Below are positions 19,854-29,703 of a stretch of 64,000 bases of DNA, piece by piece; position 1 is the first letter of the stretch, and the number at the start of each line of letters is the position of its first letter. The DNA lies in contig CBDBHR010000030.1 of the NCBI GenBank assembly GCA_965205865.1, positions 544,001 to 608,000 of the forward strand, written 5' to 3'. The stretch is from a bacterium. Its GTDB lineage: Bacteria > SAR324 > NAC60-12. The notes beneath the pieces were generated by a model. The model had not been told where the DNA came from and made no database searches. It was given only the letters and a program-made list of their open reading frames with translations. A program made the position numbers and the translations under genes.

Positions 19854-21902
19854 ATGAGATTTCAACTGTATTTTCGTCTTGTACTGCTGCTTTTTTGTTA
19901 TTTTCTGGGAGCATGTTTCGTCTTTTTTCTTTTTCGTCTCAACTTTTTGATTCGTTTTGGAGATTTACATGAAATTTCAGTTCATTATAAATGGGACCTG
20001 TTCGAGTCTTTTTGGATGGGCGCCCGTTTCGACGCCAAGGTGCTGGCCATCTCACTGGCGCCTCTCTTTGTTTTATGCGCCTTGAGTCTGCCTTTTCCCA
20101 AGGTGAGTCGGAATCTCATATTCTTTTGCTGGCCCTGGCTTGTTTTACAGTCTTTGCTGCTTTATTTCTTGCTTTTTATAGACCAGCTTTATTACGGTTA
20201 TTTTCAAAACCATATCGATATTCGCATTTTTGGTTTTATGGAAGACGATACCCGGGCCTTGCTGGACACTTTCTGGCAGGAATACCCTGTATTGCCTGTT
20301 CTTTCCCTTTTGTTATTGCTGTCTGTTCTGACGGGCTGGCTGCTTTGGAAATTGCATGCGCGCCTGCGAAACAGAAAAGCGCCCGCCTGTTTTTCGGGGT
20401 CGGCAGCCCGCATCTCTTTTGTGATTTTTACTTTGCTTTTCGTCAGTTTGGCGGCGCGCGGTTCGCTTGGCGTCTTTCCGCTCGCAAACCAGGAACGTGG
20501 CATCTCGGATCACCAGTTTCTGAATTTATTGGCGTATAACGGCATTTTTAGTTTTTATGATGCCTTCCAGCACCGGATAGAGAATCGATTTTCCACGGAC
20601 ATGGCACCTGTTTTAGCCAGGTATGAACACAAAGACCTCCGGGAAGCGCTGCGCAACTATTACCAGCTTGCCAGCCCTCAGGCTCCTTTTCGAAGGTATA
20701 TGTTCCGCAAGTCGGAGACCGCCTTCAGTGCTCCGGATAGGAAGTACCACGTCATTCTGATCATCATGGAAAGCTGGAGCGGATATTATTTTCGTTGGCA
20801 TAACCCGAGCTTTCACCTGTTGGGTCGTCTGGAGAAGCATTGGGATTCGTTGCTCCATTTCCCATACTTTTTTTCTGCGGAAAATGGCACTATTCTCGGT
20901 CTCGAAAGCCTTCTCATAAGAAATTCGGGGTCAATTTTATCACAGACAAAGTATGCTTCGCACAGCTTCGACACTGCCATCACGCGTCCATTCCTGAAGG
21001 CCGGTTATGAAACGCACTTTATCAGCAGTGGTAAACTGGCATGGCGTAATCTCGATTTATTTTTGCCAATGCAAGGTTTTGAGAAGCTCAGTGGCCAGGT
21101 AAAATTAGAATCCTTGCGCAAGGATGAGAATGCGCAAAATAACGTCTGGGGTGTTTTTGACGGGTATATGTTTGATTTTATGCTGGAAACCCTGCGCCAG
21201 GCTGAGAAACCTCAATTTATGGTAGCCCTGAGCATTACTCACCATCCGCCTTATAGAACGCCGGACGAGTACCAGGCTTCAGCGCTGCAAATCCCTCCCG
21301 CCCTGAGCGCAAAGCTCAAGACTGATAAGGACACGGCTCGACGCGCCTTCCTTTCCTTTCAATACGCCAATGACGCTTTGGGTTATTTCCTGGAGCAGAT
21401 CGAGCAAAGCAACTTGGCGAAAGAGACGCTGGTCGTCATGACGGGCGACCACAATACCTGGGGTCTGTTGGATTACGATCAGGAGAATCTGCATTGGAAA
21501 TATGCGGTCCCCCTTCTTTTTTACCTTCCTCCGGAATTAAAAGAGAAGGTCTCTTTTGCGGACCACCAGCGCTTTGGTTCCCACGACGATATCTTTCCCA
21601 CTCTGATGGCTCTGCTCTTTCCCGAAGAGGAATTTCTGCAAACAGGTTACAATCTTCTTGCTCCCCAAAGGCCGCCAAGTTTTGCAGTGAATGCCGCCGG
21701 ATGGGCTCTGGACCCGCAAGGAGCCGTTTCCCTGACGGGTCAGCCTTTGTTTTATAAATGGAGCAGTCCCCAACGCCAGAAGCTGGTCAAAAGCGCTCCC
21801 CGGCCTGAACTCATGGAATTGAGAAAGAGGGCGCAGGCTCGTAAGGTAATTATGAATTATGCGTTGCGCGCCGATATTTCAGGAGAACAGGCAGGAAAAT
21901 AA
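19854..21902 (+). CDS. LTA synthase / sulfatase family membrane protein
   Basis: About five N-terminal TM helices, GARFD, ARGSLG, IIMESWS, SITHHPPY and TGDH motifs. Confidence 0.88.
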   Translation: MRFQLYFRLVLLLFCYFLGACFVFFLFRLNFLIRFGDLHEISVHYKWDLFESFWMGARFDAKVLAISLAPLFVLCALSLPFPKVSRNLIFFCWPWLVLQSLLLYFLLFIDQLYYGYFQNHIDIRIFGFMEDDTRALLDTFWQEYPVLPVLSLLLLLSVLTGWLLWKLHARLRNRKAPACFSGSAARISFVIFTLLFVSLAARGSLGVFPLANQERGISDHQFLNLLAYNGIFSFYDAFQHRIENRFSTDMAPVLARYEHKDLREALRNYYQLASPQAPFRRYMFRKSETAFSAPDRKYHVILIIMESWSGYYFRWHNPSFHLLGRLEKHWDSLLHFPYFFSAENGTILGLESLLIRNSGSILSQTKYASHSFDTAITRPFLKAGYETHFISSGKLAWRNLDLFLPMQGFEKLSGQVKLESLRKDENAQNNVWGVFDGYMFDFMLETLRQAEKPQFMVALSITHHPPYRTPDEYQASALQIPPALSAKLKTDKDTARRAFLSFQYANDALGYFLEQIEQSNLAKETLVVMTGDHNTWGLLDYDQENLHWKYAVPLLFYLPPELKEKVSFADHQRFGSHDDIFPTLMALLFPEEEFLQTGYNLLAPQRPPSFAVNAAGWALDPQGAVSLTGQPLFYKWSSPQRQKLVKSAPRPELMELRKRAQARKVIMNYALRADISGEQAGK

Positions 21903-22308
21903 ATGAGGCTGGCACGGAAGGGGTTGAGGTGAATAAGGTCTCGGAAGGAGACCATGACTCAGTCCTATGTCTTTTCTAACAATTAAATTCAAATATGCAA
22001 GCCTGACCCCTTTTTTGACCCCTTTTCTCCAAGAGAAGAAAACTGAAAGATGAAAATATCCCACTTTTACCTTGATTAGTCTTCCAAAATACGAAAAAAT
22101 CATGAAAAATTGTCCTTTACTCCCAGATTTCCAGTTGTTATCGTTTTCAGTGATTTTCTTATGTTGATGATTTTCAGATATTGTCTAGATGTCATCATCC
22201 TCAATGATTTTTATTTTCCTAAAATGTCACCTCTTCCGGGTCTTGTAGTATCCGGAGGTTAGGGAACATACGGAGCTTGAAACACAAGAAATTCGGAGGA
22301 AAAACCCC

Positions 22309-23079
22309 ATGCGTCCGCATCGCCGTTACAAAAACCCACCCATAGAAGAGGCGCTTTGTGAATTTCGCTTCAAACCGGGACGGGACTGGGACCTCTTCAT
22401 TCCAGGTAAACTCCATTCCAAAATCGATGAGGAATATGGTGGTAAGCCACGGGAACAAAAAGTTGTCGAGTTGGGATTGGAAGCCCAGGGAGGCAAGCCT
22501 CCCAATCTGAGATATGGTGAAGCGTTGTCAATTATCCAACTGGTCACGAAGGATGGCAAAAGGATAGTTGGGGTTGGACCCGACATACTCAACGTTCACA
22601 TGCTGCGTCCCTATCAAAATCCTCTTGATCCTGAACGCAGTGGATGGGACGAGTTCAAACCCCGGATTTCAGAAGCGCTCGATGCATACTGGAAGGTGGC
22701 TAAGCCAATTGGTGTATGTAGGATTGGTATTCGGTACATAAACAAAATCCTCATACCACAGAAAACGGTAGAGGTCGAGGAATATCTCAAGTGTGCTTTG
22801 CCGGTTGTAAGAGGATTGCCAGATCGCCGGAAGCACTTTGTGAGCCGTGTTGATTATGACTATGGAGACGGTATGCGTCTGGGTTTGTCTCAGCGATCGA
22901 TCAAGGCCCCTCCGGATCACATGGGTTTTCTGCTTGATCTTGACGTCATTTGGGAGAACTCCAAATCGCTTGCGCAGGACAAAGCATTGGAAAAAGTAGG
23001 TGACTTGCGCACTCGTGAAAGAGAAGCATTCGAAACTGTCATCACGGATAAAGCCAGGGAACTCTTCGATGCCGATTGA
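22309..23079 (+). CDS. TIGR04255-like family protein
   Basis: YKNPPIEEALCEFRF N-terminus, RIGIRYINKI, FLLDLDV and FETVITDKARELF match my recollection of this family; RBS GGAGG upstream. Confidence 0.8.
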   Translation: MRPHRRYKNPPIEEALCEFRFKPGRDWDLFIPGKLHSKIDEEYGGKPREQKVVELGLEAQGGKPPNLRYGEALSIIQLVTKDGKRIVGVGPDILNVHMLRPYQNPLDPERSGWDEFKPRISEALDAYWKVAKPIGVCRIGIRYINKILIPQKTVEVEEYLKCALPVVRGLPDRRKHFVSRVDYDYGDGMRLGLSQRSIKAPPDHMGFLLDLDVIWENSKSLAQDKALEKVGDLRTREREAFETVITDKARELFDAD

Positions 23080-23791
23080 AAAATACGTACCTGCGCGTTC
23101 CAGAACCTCGACCTTTGATTCGGACACATTCTTTAAGATGGACGAATCGGGAGTGGCCTATGCCTCCCCGCATTGGCTCACCGAGGGAAAGGAATCGTTT
23201 GCGGCTTCTTTAGACGCCGAGACACCGCAAAAAGCGATGGCGGATCTGTTCGAACTATTCCCTGAGCAAACGACAGTGGTCCCGGATAGTACTTTATGGG
23301 TTGCGCTTATTTTTCCTGTACTCGTGGATGCAGCCTGCTTCGAACCGGCAGTCTCGCAACAGGCGCCTGTTGAAGGTCGAGAACAAAAACTGCTTGCGGC
23401 CAAACTGTGGACGTCCTTTGAAGCCGACACCCTTGAAGACGGAATGGAACATCCAGCCGAGCAGATTATTGGAAAGGCGTTGCGATCCGAGGAAGAACTG
23501 CGCGTTCTTGAATGGTTCAGGGCTTTTGCTTTGGATGCTGAACGGCCGAGCTTTGCGGCATCGGTTCTGCGTTGCCTGGGACGTCAAATGCATCCGGGGA
23601 CGGATTCATGGCGTGTTGAACTCGTGCGTGACGCGCTGGCCATGGATGATGTGGAGATCAGGGACGCAGCCGCACAAGCAGCTGAATCGTGGGGTGGCCG
23701 GGATCTGATCGAGGTTCTAACGTCTCATCGTGAGCCGGAACCTTGGCTTCGAGACTACATTCGGGACATCATTGATGACCTGAGGGAGTAG
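23069..23791 (+). CDS. Hypothetical protein with C-terminal HEAT-like repeats
   Basis: ATG at 23069 overlaps the upstream gene by 11 nt; LVRDALAMDDVEIRDAAAQAAESW resembles a HEAT repeat. Confidence 0.7.
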   Translation: MPIEKYVPARSRTSTFDSDTFFKMDESGVAYASPHWLTEGKESFAASLDAETPQKAMADLFELFPEQTTVVPDSTLWVALIFPVLVDAACFEPAVSQQAPVEGREQKLLAAKLWTSFEADTLEDGMEHPAEQIIGKALRSEEELRVLEWFRAFALDAERPSFAASVLRCLGRQMHPGTDSWRVELVRDALAMDDVEIRDAAAQAAESWGGRDLIEVLTSHREPEPWLRDYIRDIIDDLRE

Positions 23792-23794
23792 GGG

Positions 23795-24310
23795 ATGTTC
23801 CTGGCACGCAAGATTACACGCGCCAAGTGGCGCCCCAAGGAGGAATTGTCGGTGGAAGAAATTCCGGCCGATGCGGTGACTGTTGATCTGAGGACACAGG
23901 AAAACTCGTTGTCTTTCTGGCAGTGTAGCATCGGGGAAGAGGCCGAAGTCGAAGAGGTGGCGCTGGCGATAGCCGCCGCAGGTGAACGTATCGATAAGCT
24001 CGACATCGTTTGGTTTTCCGATGACGAGCTGCGGGCTGACAGCCAACAGTGGAAAAAAACCGACGGACGAACACCCGTTGCAGAGTTGGTCAGGCGACAT
24101 GTCGATGTGTATCGTCTCGACTACGTGCGCCTCGGAAAAGTCGCTTCTCGTATCGCTACTGCAATAAAAGAGAGCCGATTCCGGCGGCTATCGAAGAAGC
24201 GTGTTACAGATCTCCTTGCGACAGCAGTCGAACAAGAACGTGTCAAACTGGACGACCTTGATAGTCGTGTCCATACAGAGGTGCGTGAGTCGCTCGGGGT
24301 AGAGAGATGA
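23795..24310 (+). CDS. Hypothetical protein, putative CmdT-like ADP-ribosyltransferase toxin
   Basis: 171 aa, 3 nt after the upstream stop; N-terminal Arg (LARKITRAKW) and DLRTQENSLSFW (R-x3-N-x2-S-x-W) motif. Family assignment is inference. Confidence 0.55.
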   Translation: MFLARKITRAKWRPKEELSVEEIPADAVTVDLRTQENSLSFWQCSIGEEAEVEEVALAIAAAGERIDKLDIVWFSDDELRADSQQWKKTDGRTPVAELVRRHVDVYRLDYVRLGKVASRIATAIKESRFRRLSKKRVTDLLATAVEQERVKLDDLDSRVHTEVRESLGVER

Positions 24311-24360
24311 TCCATGCACTGCTAATGGTTGTACGAATTGAAATGGGGTCAGGCTGAAAT

Positions 24361-24581
24361 GGGGTCAGGCTTGCATATTGGTATTTGGGAATTGTCTCGA
24401 GTGCAGGAGTTCTTCAGCCAACCTTGGATCGACTCTCGTCTGGGTTTCCAAGGCAATGCGTTGTCGGCTCAACGAGGAAAGGTCTCTTTGATAATACTGA
24501 GCCTCCTCCTCTAAGAGCCCGCCCTTTTCCGTATAAAAGAGCGTCATCCTTCCTCATATATAAATATGCAAGCATGACCAC
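24361..24581 (-). mobile_element. Internally deleted transposase remnant with end repeats (probably Y1/REP-associated tyrosine transposase type)
   Basis: Bounded by GGGGTCAGGCTTGCATATT and AATATGCAAGCATGACCAC; residual peptide YYQRDLSSLSR...DPRLAEEL...NMQA* resembles the HTH-like C-termini of such transposases and stops inside the end repeat. Confidence 0.5.
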
Positions 24582-24602
24582 ATTTTCGTCCGGGGTTTTT
24601 TT

Positions 24603-25727
24603 CTAATGTTGACGTCCCCGGAATCTTCTCGCCAGTCTTTTGGGGATTCGCAGAATAGGATGGCGACGCAGCAATGCCACTCGTCGGTAAACCATGAAGT
24701 ATAGAATGAACTGCAACACGAATGCCAGCATTGCCCATTCCCGGGTGTGTGGAATAAATACGGCGAAAACCAGACTGCTCATTGTTCCTCCCCAGAGCAG
24801 CACGCTGGTGATGGCATTGGCGAGCTTTTCGTTTTTCAGCGATTTTGCAATCTTGCGGGCATAGGTCCGGTAGACCAACATATGCAGGTGTACTTTATCC
24901 GGTCTGGTGGGTCGATGGCGCTTACGGATCGTTTTTCGAATAATCGAATGAACGATTTCCAGCAGCGGATATGCCAGGATCATGATGCTGACCCATTCCG
25001 ATATTTCCGGATTTCGTACGGGAAGCATGACCGCCAGGGCGCCAAGCAGGAAACCCGCGAAATAGGCTCCTCCATCTCCCAGAAAAATGTATCCCCAGGG
25101 AAAATTCACCAAGAGGAACCCCAACAGAACTGCGACGATAATGGCCGCCAACAAGACCAATTCGTAATCATCCACCATATAGGCCACAACTCCGAACGCC
25201 GAAGCCATGATGATCACGGCTCCCGCGGCCAGGCCGTTAAAACCATCGATGACGTTGATGGCGTTAGTCAGACCGCTTATTGCGAGAGCGGTGAATACGA
25301 GTGAGACGAAATGCCGCTCGATGAGATCGTCGACCAGATAGACTTCCGTTTGGGTCACCGAGTATCCGGTCATCACGCAGAAAAGCAGACCCGAAATTAT
25401 CGTTGCCAGCAGGCGCAAGACGACCGGCGCTCTTTTGGTCAAATCTTCCATCAGACCCGCAAGGAAAGCCGGGCTGCCACTCATGCCAAGCACGATCAAC
25501 AGACTTTGCGTTGGTTGGGAAGTCGCCATCACGACCATCCAGAATCCGACGAACAGGGTCAGCCCGCCGATCCTCGGTGTCGGCTTATCGTGAAACTTCT
25601 GGGGTCCCGTGAAGGTATCGAAGGTAAGAGAACCATGCCAGCGCTTGCTGAGCACGATCAGAACGCTGCCGAGTAAGGAGACAAAAAAACCGCTCGATAG
25701 CGGCCATAATTCTGAAAGAGCAAACAT
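24603..25727 (-). CDS. MraY/WecA-like polyprenyl-phosphate sugar-1-phosphate transferase
   Basis: PTPRIGG, GLMEDL, NAINVIDGFNGLA, IFLGDGGAY and PDKVHLH; multiple TM helices. Confidence 0.92.
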   Translation of the reverse strand: MFALSELWPLSSGFFVSLLGSVLIVLSKRWHGSLTFDTFTGPQKFHDKPTPRIGGLTLFVGFWMVVMATSQPTQSLLIVLGMSGSPAFLAGLMEDLTKRAPVVLRLLATIISGLLFCVMTGYSVTQTEVYLVDDLIERHFVSLVFTALAISGLTNAINVIDGFNGLAAGAVIIMASAFGVVAYMVDDYELVLLAAIIVAVLLGFLLVNFPWGYIFLGDGGAYFAGFLLGALAVMLPVRNPEISEWVSIMILAYPLLEIVHSIIRKTIRKRHRPTRPDKVHLHMLVYRTYARKIAKSLKNEKLANAITSVLLWGGTMSSLVFAVFIPHTREWAMLAFVLQFILYFMVYRRVALLRRHPILRIPKRLARRFRGRQH

Positions 25728-25775
25728 TTGCGAACAATTCCTGGTTTCCGTCTCAAAGCCTGTCCGAATCCTGCT

Positions 25776-25883
25776 TCAGGACTGTTCTTTGGCTTTTCCG
25801 GCACATTCCGTGATGGCTTTTTCCTGCAGGAAAGAAGGCATTGCGGCGTATTTTTCAAAATTCATCGTATAGGTGGCTTTTCC
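25776..25883 (-). pseudogene. fusA: Orphan copy of the fusA 3' end
   Basis: 25811-25883 matches 1-73 at 66 of 73 nt; translates [35 protein letters not shown]. Confidence 0.85.
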
Positions 25884-25974
25884 TACAATGAAACTTCTAT
25901 ACCAGGTATTAAGGGATCACAAGCTTTTATCAAATCATAATGCGCGTCCTCATTGCGCCCCGGCCAAAACACAG

Positions 25975-26073
25975 TCGCTGGTGATGATCGACTTTTTGGT
26001 CCGTCACGGTCACCTTGACCCGCATGATCCCCATTTTTTGGAAATCGTCCATGGATTACGGTGGCTTCGTTGA
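25975..26073 (+). pseudogene. Probable 3' remnant of a DUF4743-type Nudix hydrolase
   Basis: LVMIDFLVRHGHLDPHDPHFLEIVHGLR resembles the C-terminus of that family; no Nudix box upstream. Confidence 0.55.
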
Positions 26074-26268
26074 GGATTATATGGGCAAATTTCCCTTGCC
26101 AGAGGTTGCAACTTGTATTATAAAATTATCCCTGAAAGAGACTCTACGAATGACCACAATTAATTTCATTTTTGTAGTAGCGTCTTATTGGGTACATTTC
26201 TCCGGATTCACGCTTTGTGACCATCGAAATCATCCGGATTTGGAGTCGCTGATTTCTGAACGCCCTGA

Positions 26269-26826
26269 ATGTCTGAAGTCGAAATGCAGTACAGCAGCAC
26301 AGAAAACTGGTACGCGCTCCGTATCCGTTCCAGGTTCGACCAATTGTCGGAAAGGGCGCTGAAGAACAAACGATTCGAGGTTTTCAATCCAACCTACCAC
26401 GAATGGAGTCGACGCAAGGATCGTAAAAAACTATTGAGAAAATCCATATTCAAGGAATACATGTTTTTACGAACCACCCTGACTGCGGAGATTCACCTGG
26501 AAGTATTGAAAACCTATGGAGTAATGCTACTCTTGCAAAACCGTACCGGTCCGGTCCCGATCCCCGACAGTCAAATCGCCAACATACGCCTGCTCGAGCA
26601 GCACGTGGGACGCTGTTTCCACGCTCCGGAATATGCGCAGGGGGATTGGGTCCGTATCCGTGATGGGGTTATGGAAGGTTTGGTTGGTCAAATTGATTGG
26701 ATGAAAAAAAATCTATTACGCATCACAGTCAACGGCATTGCCGGATCGGTTGCCATCGAAGTCAATCCGCATCAGGTGGAACTGCTGGAAAAGGACCCGG
26801 TCTACAAGGCAGTGGTCAGTCACTAG
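26269..26826 (+). CDS. NusG-paralogue transcription antiterminator (UpxY/RfaH/LoaP-like)
   Basis: WYALRIRSR, WSRRKDRKK, NGN plus KOW (GDWVRIRDGVMEGLVG); first gene of a polysaccharide operon. Confidence 0.88.
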   Translation: MSEVEMQYSSTENWYALRIRSRFDQLSERALKNKRFEVFNPTYHEWSRRKDRKKLLRKSIFKEYMFLRTTLTAEIHLEVLKTYGVMLLLQNRTGPVPIPDSQIANIRLLEQHVGRCFHAPEYAQGDWVRIRDGVMEGLVGQIDWMKKNLLRITVNGIAGSVAIEVNPHQVELLEKDPVYKAVVSH

Positions 26827-26943
26827 TCCTTTTTTTCTGCGCCGCATTTTGTCCGGTGCATTCCCGGGTCATGTAACGCAGATGGCGAAGCTTGCTCAAA
26901 AATAAAAGAATCAATTGAACCTACTCAAAAGGAGAAACGCATA

Positions 26944-28241
26944 ATGTCGGATCAACCAATTTCGCCGGTCGAAGATTCCGAAATCGATTTGCTCCACGTC
27001 TTCGCCGTCATCTGGCGCAGGAAATGGTTGATCGCCGGCGGTACGCTCATCGTTCTCGTTGCCGCCTGGTTTGCCTGCGCCAATCTTCCCAAGGCGTACC
27101 AGGTTACCGTCAAGATCTGGCCGGTCCACACCCCGGCGATTGGCGGAGAACTGACGTCGGGCGGAACCAATAGAGTGGACATGGAGGCCATCGTCAAACC
27201 GATCGTGGCATTTTTTCAAAACTATTCCCTGGCCGAGAGCGCCATTCGAGAGTTCGAACTGGACAAATCTCCATTCGACCTGACGGCGAGCGCTTTCCTC
27301 GAAGGAAACGTAGACGTGCAACTGGACCGGAAAACCAATTTGATCAATTTCAGTCGTGGAACTGACAGACGCCGCTTTGGCATGGGAGGTTGTGAATTAC
27401 ATGGCCCGTGAAGGGATCGAGAGGTACTCTCAGCTTGTCCAGAAAAAATTTACGCAGGAATGCGGATTACCTGGTGAGCCAACTGGATGAGAGCAGGATG
27501 CAATTGAAAAAGGAGGGGGAAGCGCTGACCGCCTTCCAACAGAAGGCCAACACGACCAGCCTGACTGGTCGCAAGTATTTTTTGCAGAGCCAGAGCGATG
27601 AACTTGCCGGCAAGATCGTCGAGGCGGAAATCGAACTGGCGGCAAAAGGCGCGGAAATTCTCGTGCTGGAGGATGCGGTCAAGGGAAACAACCAGAGCAC
27701 GGGGGCGAATGCATCTCCCAGTGGAGCAAAAATAAGCAGGGAGGAAACCAGTTCTTCAAATGATGGCCTTGATTCCATGCGGCTGCTTACCGAAGGACTG
27801 AAAAATTTTTTCGAAAATAACGAGGCGAGATTGATTCGAAACAAGGCAGAGTATGCATCGTTGCAGGCGGGCAAGGAAAAGATGGAGCAAACTAAACGTG
27901 AGACCGAGGCGGAGCTCGCCTTGATCGAAGAACAGCTCGCCACGGTGAGCGTCGAAGAAGAAAAGTTGCGTCGTAAACTGGAGTTGACGAACAAGATGAA
28001 TGAACTCACCGAGTTGGAATTGGTGAAAAGCAGGAATGCCTCGGAGTTGCTGGTTCAACAAATCGCAATCGTGGATACCGGGGGCATACCCCAGAAACCG
28101 GTTCGTCCTCGAGTGCTTTTCATTACCGCCCTGTCCGGTGCCGTGGCTTTCTCATTTTTCACCTTCCTTGCGTTTCTAATGGAGGAAGCCGTCAGGCGTC
28201 GTGAGATCCGTACATTGGAAAGACCTGCTTCGCTGTCCTGA
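26944..28241 (+). pseudogene. Wzz/GumC-type chain-length determinant, frameshifted
   Basis: EIDLLHVFAVIWRRKWLI N-terminus (26944-27411) and coiled coil plus PQKPVRPR-TM C-terminus (27408-28241) are in different frames; shifts near 27355-27430. Confidence 0.8.
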
Positions 28242-28278
28242 CGGATACAGCAATGAATGCAACTATTGGGTTAACCAA

Positions 28279-29634
28279 ATGAGAGCGCTATTCTGGCTGC
28301 TAGCTGTAATTGTTCTGCTGAACCTGAATAGCGCAACTCATATGTTTACCGGCGTGCCGAGCGCGTTTAAACCGGTACTTGTTCTTTGCTCTCTGCTCCT
28401 GATTTTGATTGGTTTGCTCAAGGTTCCGCCGGGGCGTGCCCTTGGAGTACCTGGCCTGCTGATCATTGCCGCCTTGGGGTCGTACCTGGTCATTGCCTCG
28501 ACAGTGTCCCTCACCACCGGCTTCGGCCCGGTTTGGGATGCCTGGGAACATTTTGAGGATTACGCCAGCTCCATTATTTTGATTCTGGCCGCGGCTCTCG
28601 GTGGATACTCGGTGATGCGAATTATGGGCAGCGAAACGCTCCTGAAAGTACTACTCGTGCTCTTGACCGTGGATTGCATTGCCATATTGGCCACGCCCTT
28701 ATTATCTGAATTTTACGTCATCAGTGGTCTATCGCCATATCGCTTCCTTGGAAACTTTAAGAACCCCAATGTCGCTGGTCTGATTGGATGTCTGACGGCA
28801 GTGTTGGCCCTGTCTTTTCTTCAAGTCCGCCGGCATCGATGGTTCGCTTACCTGGCGTTGACCCTGGCCGTGGGAGCCACTGTCGGGACGTTTTCGAGAG
28901 CCGCTTTCCTGATTTTGATCTTCGTCCTGATGGTTTTCTTTTTATTCAACTATCGCGGGAAAGCATTTGTTGTCAAGTGGTTGTCTCTCGTGGTTCCGAT
29001 CGGCGTCATTTTCCTGATGATCGTGGATTTGGACCTCTTTGTCTTGGAACAACGATGGCAACGGTTATGGGAAATAGCTACGTTGCTTCCCGGTTACGAG
29101 GTTACCGATTCATCAATAAGTGAAAGACAGGAATTGTTAGTCCTGGCTCTGGATGAGACAGCAAAATCTCCTCTCTTTGGTAATGGTCTCGGCACGATTC
29201 ATTCACTGGATCATGCCCCATACAGCTCGCAAGGCGTACCTCAGGGTGCTCACAATCTATACCTGATTTTAATAGGAGAAGCTGGCATTTTTCCGCTGGT
29301 GTTTTTTTTATTGTTTCTCGGTTCCTTACTGCGATTGCGCTTGACGACATCGAAATCCGTTGCCAGGGATGCCGTTGTCGGTTGGGCGATTGTCATTGGC
29401 ATGGCTTGCATGGCCTCCCATAATATACTGGCTATGAGAACAGTCGACTTCCTTATCGGTTTGAGTTGCGCAATGGTGGCCGGCTATCGGAGAATCCCAA
29501 ACGCGCCGGGTAGCGAATCCCAGTCTTCTTTTTCAGCAATCAGTCAAGGCTGTAATCAAGTCGTGTTTGGCCAAACCGGTAGAGGAGGTCCATCGCAGAG
29601 AGAAAAGGGAAATGACTGTGTGTCTCCGATCTGA
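28279..29634 (+). CDS. O-antigen ligase / Wzy polymerase family
   Basis: Many TM helices; NPNVAG, TFSRAA, PLFGNGLG and AHNLYLILIGEAG motifs. Confidence 0.85.
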   Translation: MRALFWLLAVIVLLNLNSATHMFTGVPSAFKPVLVLCSLLLILIGLLKVPPGRALGVPGLLIIAALGSYLVIASTVSLTTGFGPVWDAWEHFEDYASSIILILAAALGGYSVMRIMGSETLLKVLLVLLTVDCIAILATPLLSEFYVISGLSPYRFLGNFKNPNVAGLIGCLTAVLALSFLQVRRHRWFAYLALTLAVGATVGTFSRAAFLILIFVLMVFFLFNYRGKAFVVKWLSLVVPIGVIFLMIVDLDLFVLEQRWQRLWEIATLLPGYEVTDSSISERQELLVLALDETAKSPLFGNGLGTIHSLDHAPYSSQGVPQGAHNLYLILIGEAGIFPLVFFLLFLGSLLRLRLTTSKSVARDAVVGWAIVIGMACMASHNILAMRTVDFLIGLSCAMVAGYRRIPNAPGSESQSSFSAISQGCNQVVFGQTGRGGPSQREKGNDCVSPI

Positions 29635-29703
29635 CGTCTCGATGTTGCCTCATCCAAATCCTGCAAACCGCTGATAAGTCTACCAACGACCCGTAAGGCG
29701 CTG

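Noticed and set aside
21975-24330. Integron cassette with attC sites
   Set aside because: A CTAAC is present at 21976 but I could not find a matching attC structure, cassette array or intI.
25811-25883. Diversity-generating retroelement TR/VR pair with the fusA 3' end (also considered for the epimerase tails)
   Set aside because: Mismatches are not restricted to adenines on either strand and there is no reverse transcriptase in the window.
26170-26190. ops / JUMPstart element near the NusG paralogue
   Set aside because: GTAGTAGCGT is only a partial match to GGCGGTAG; not supportable.
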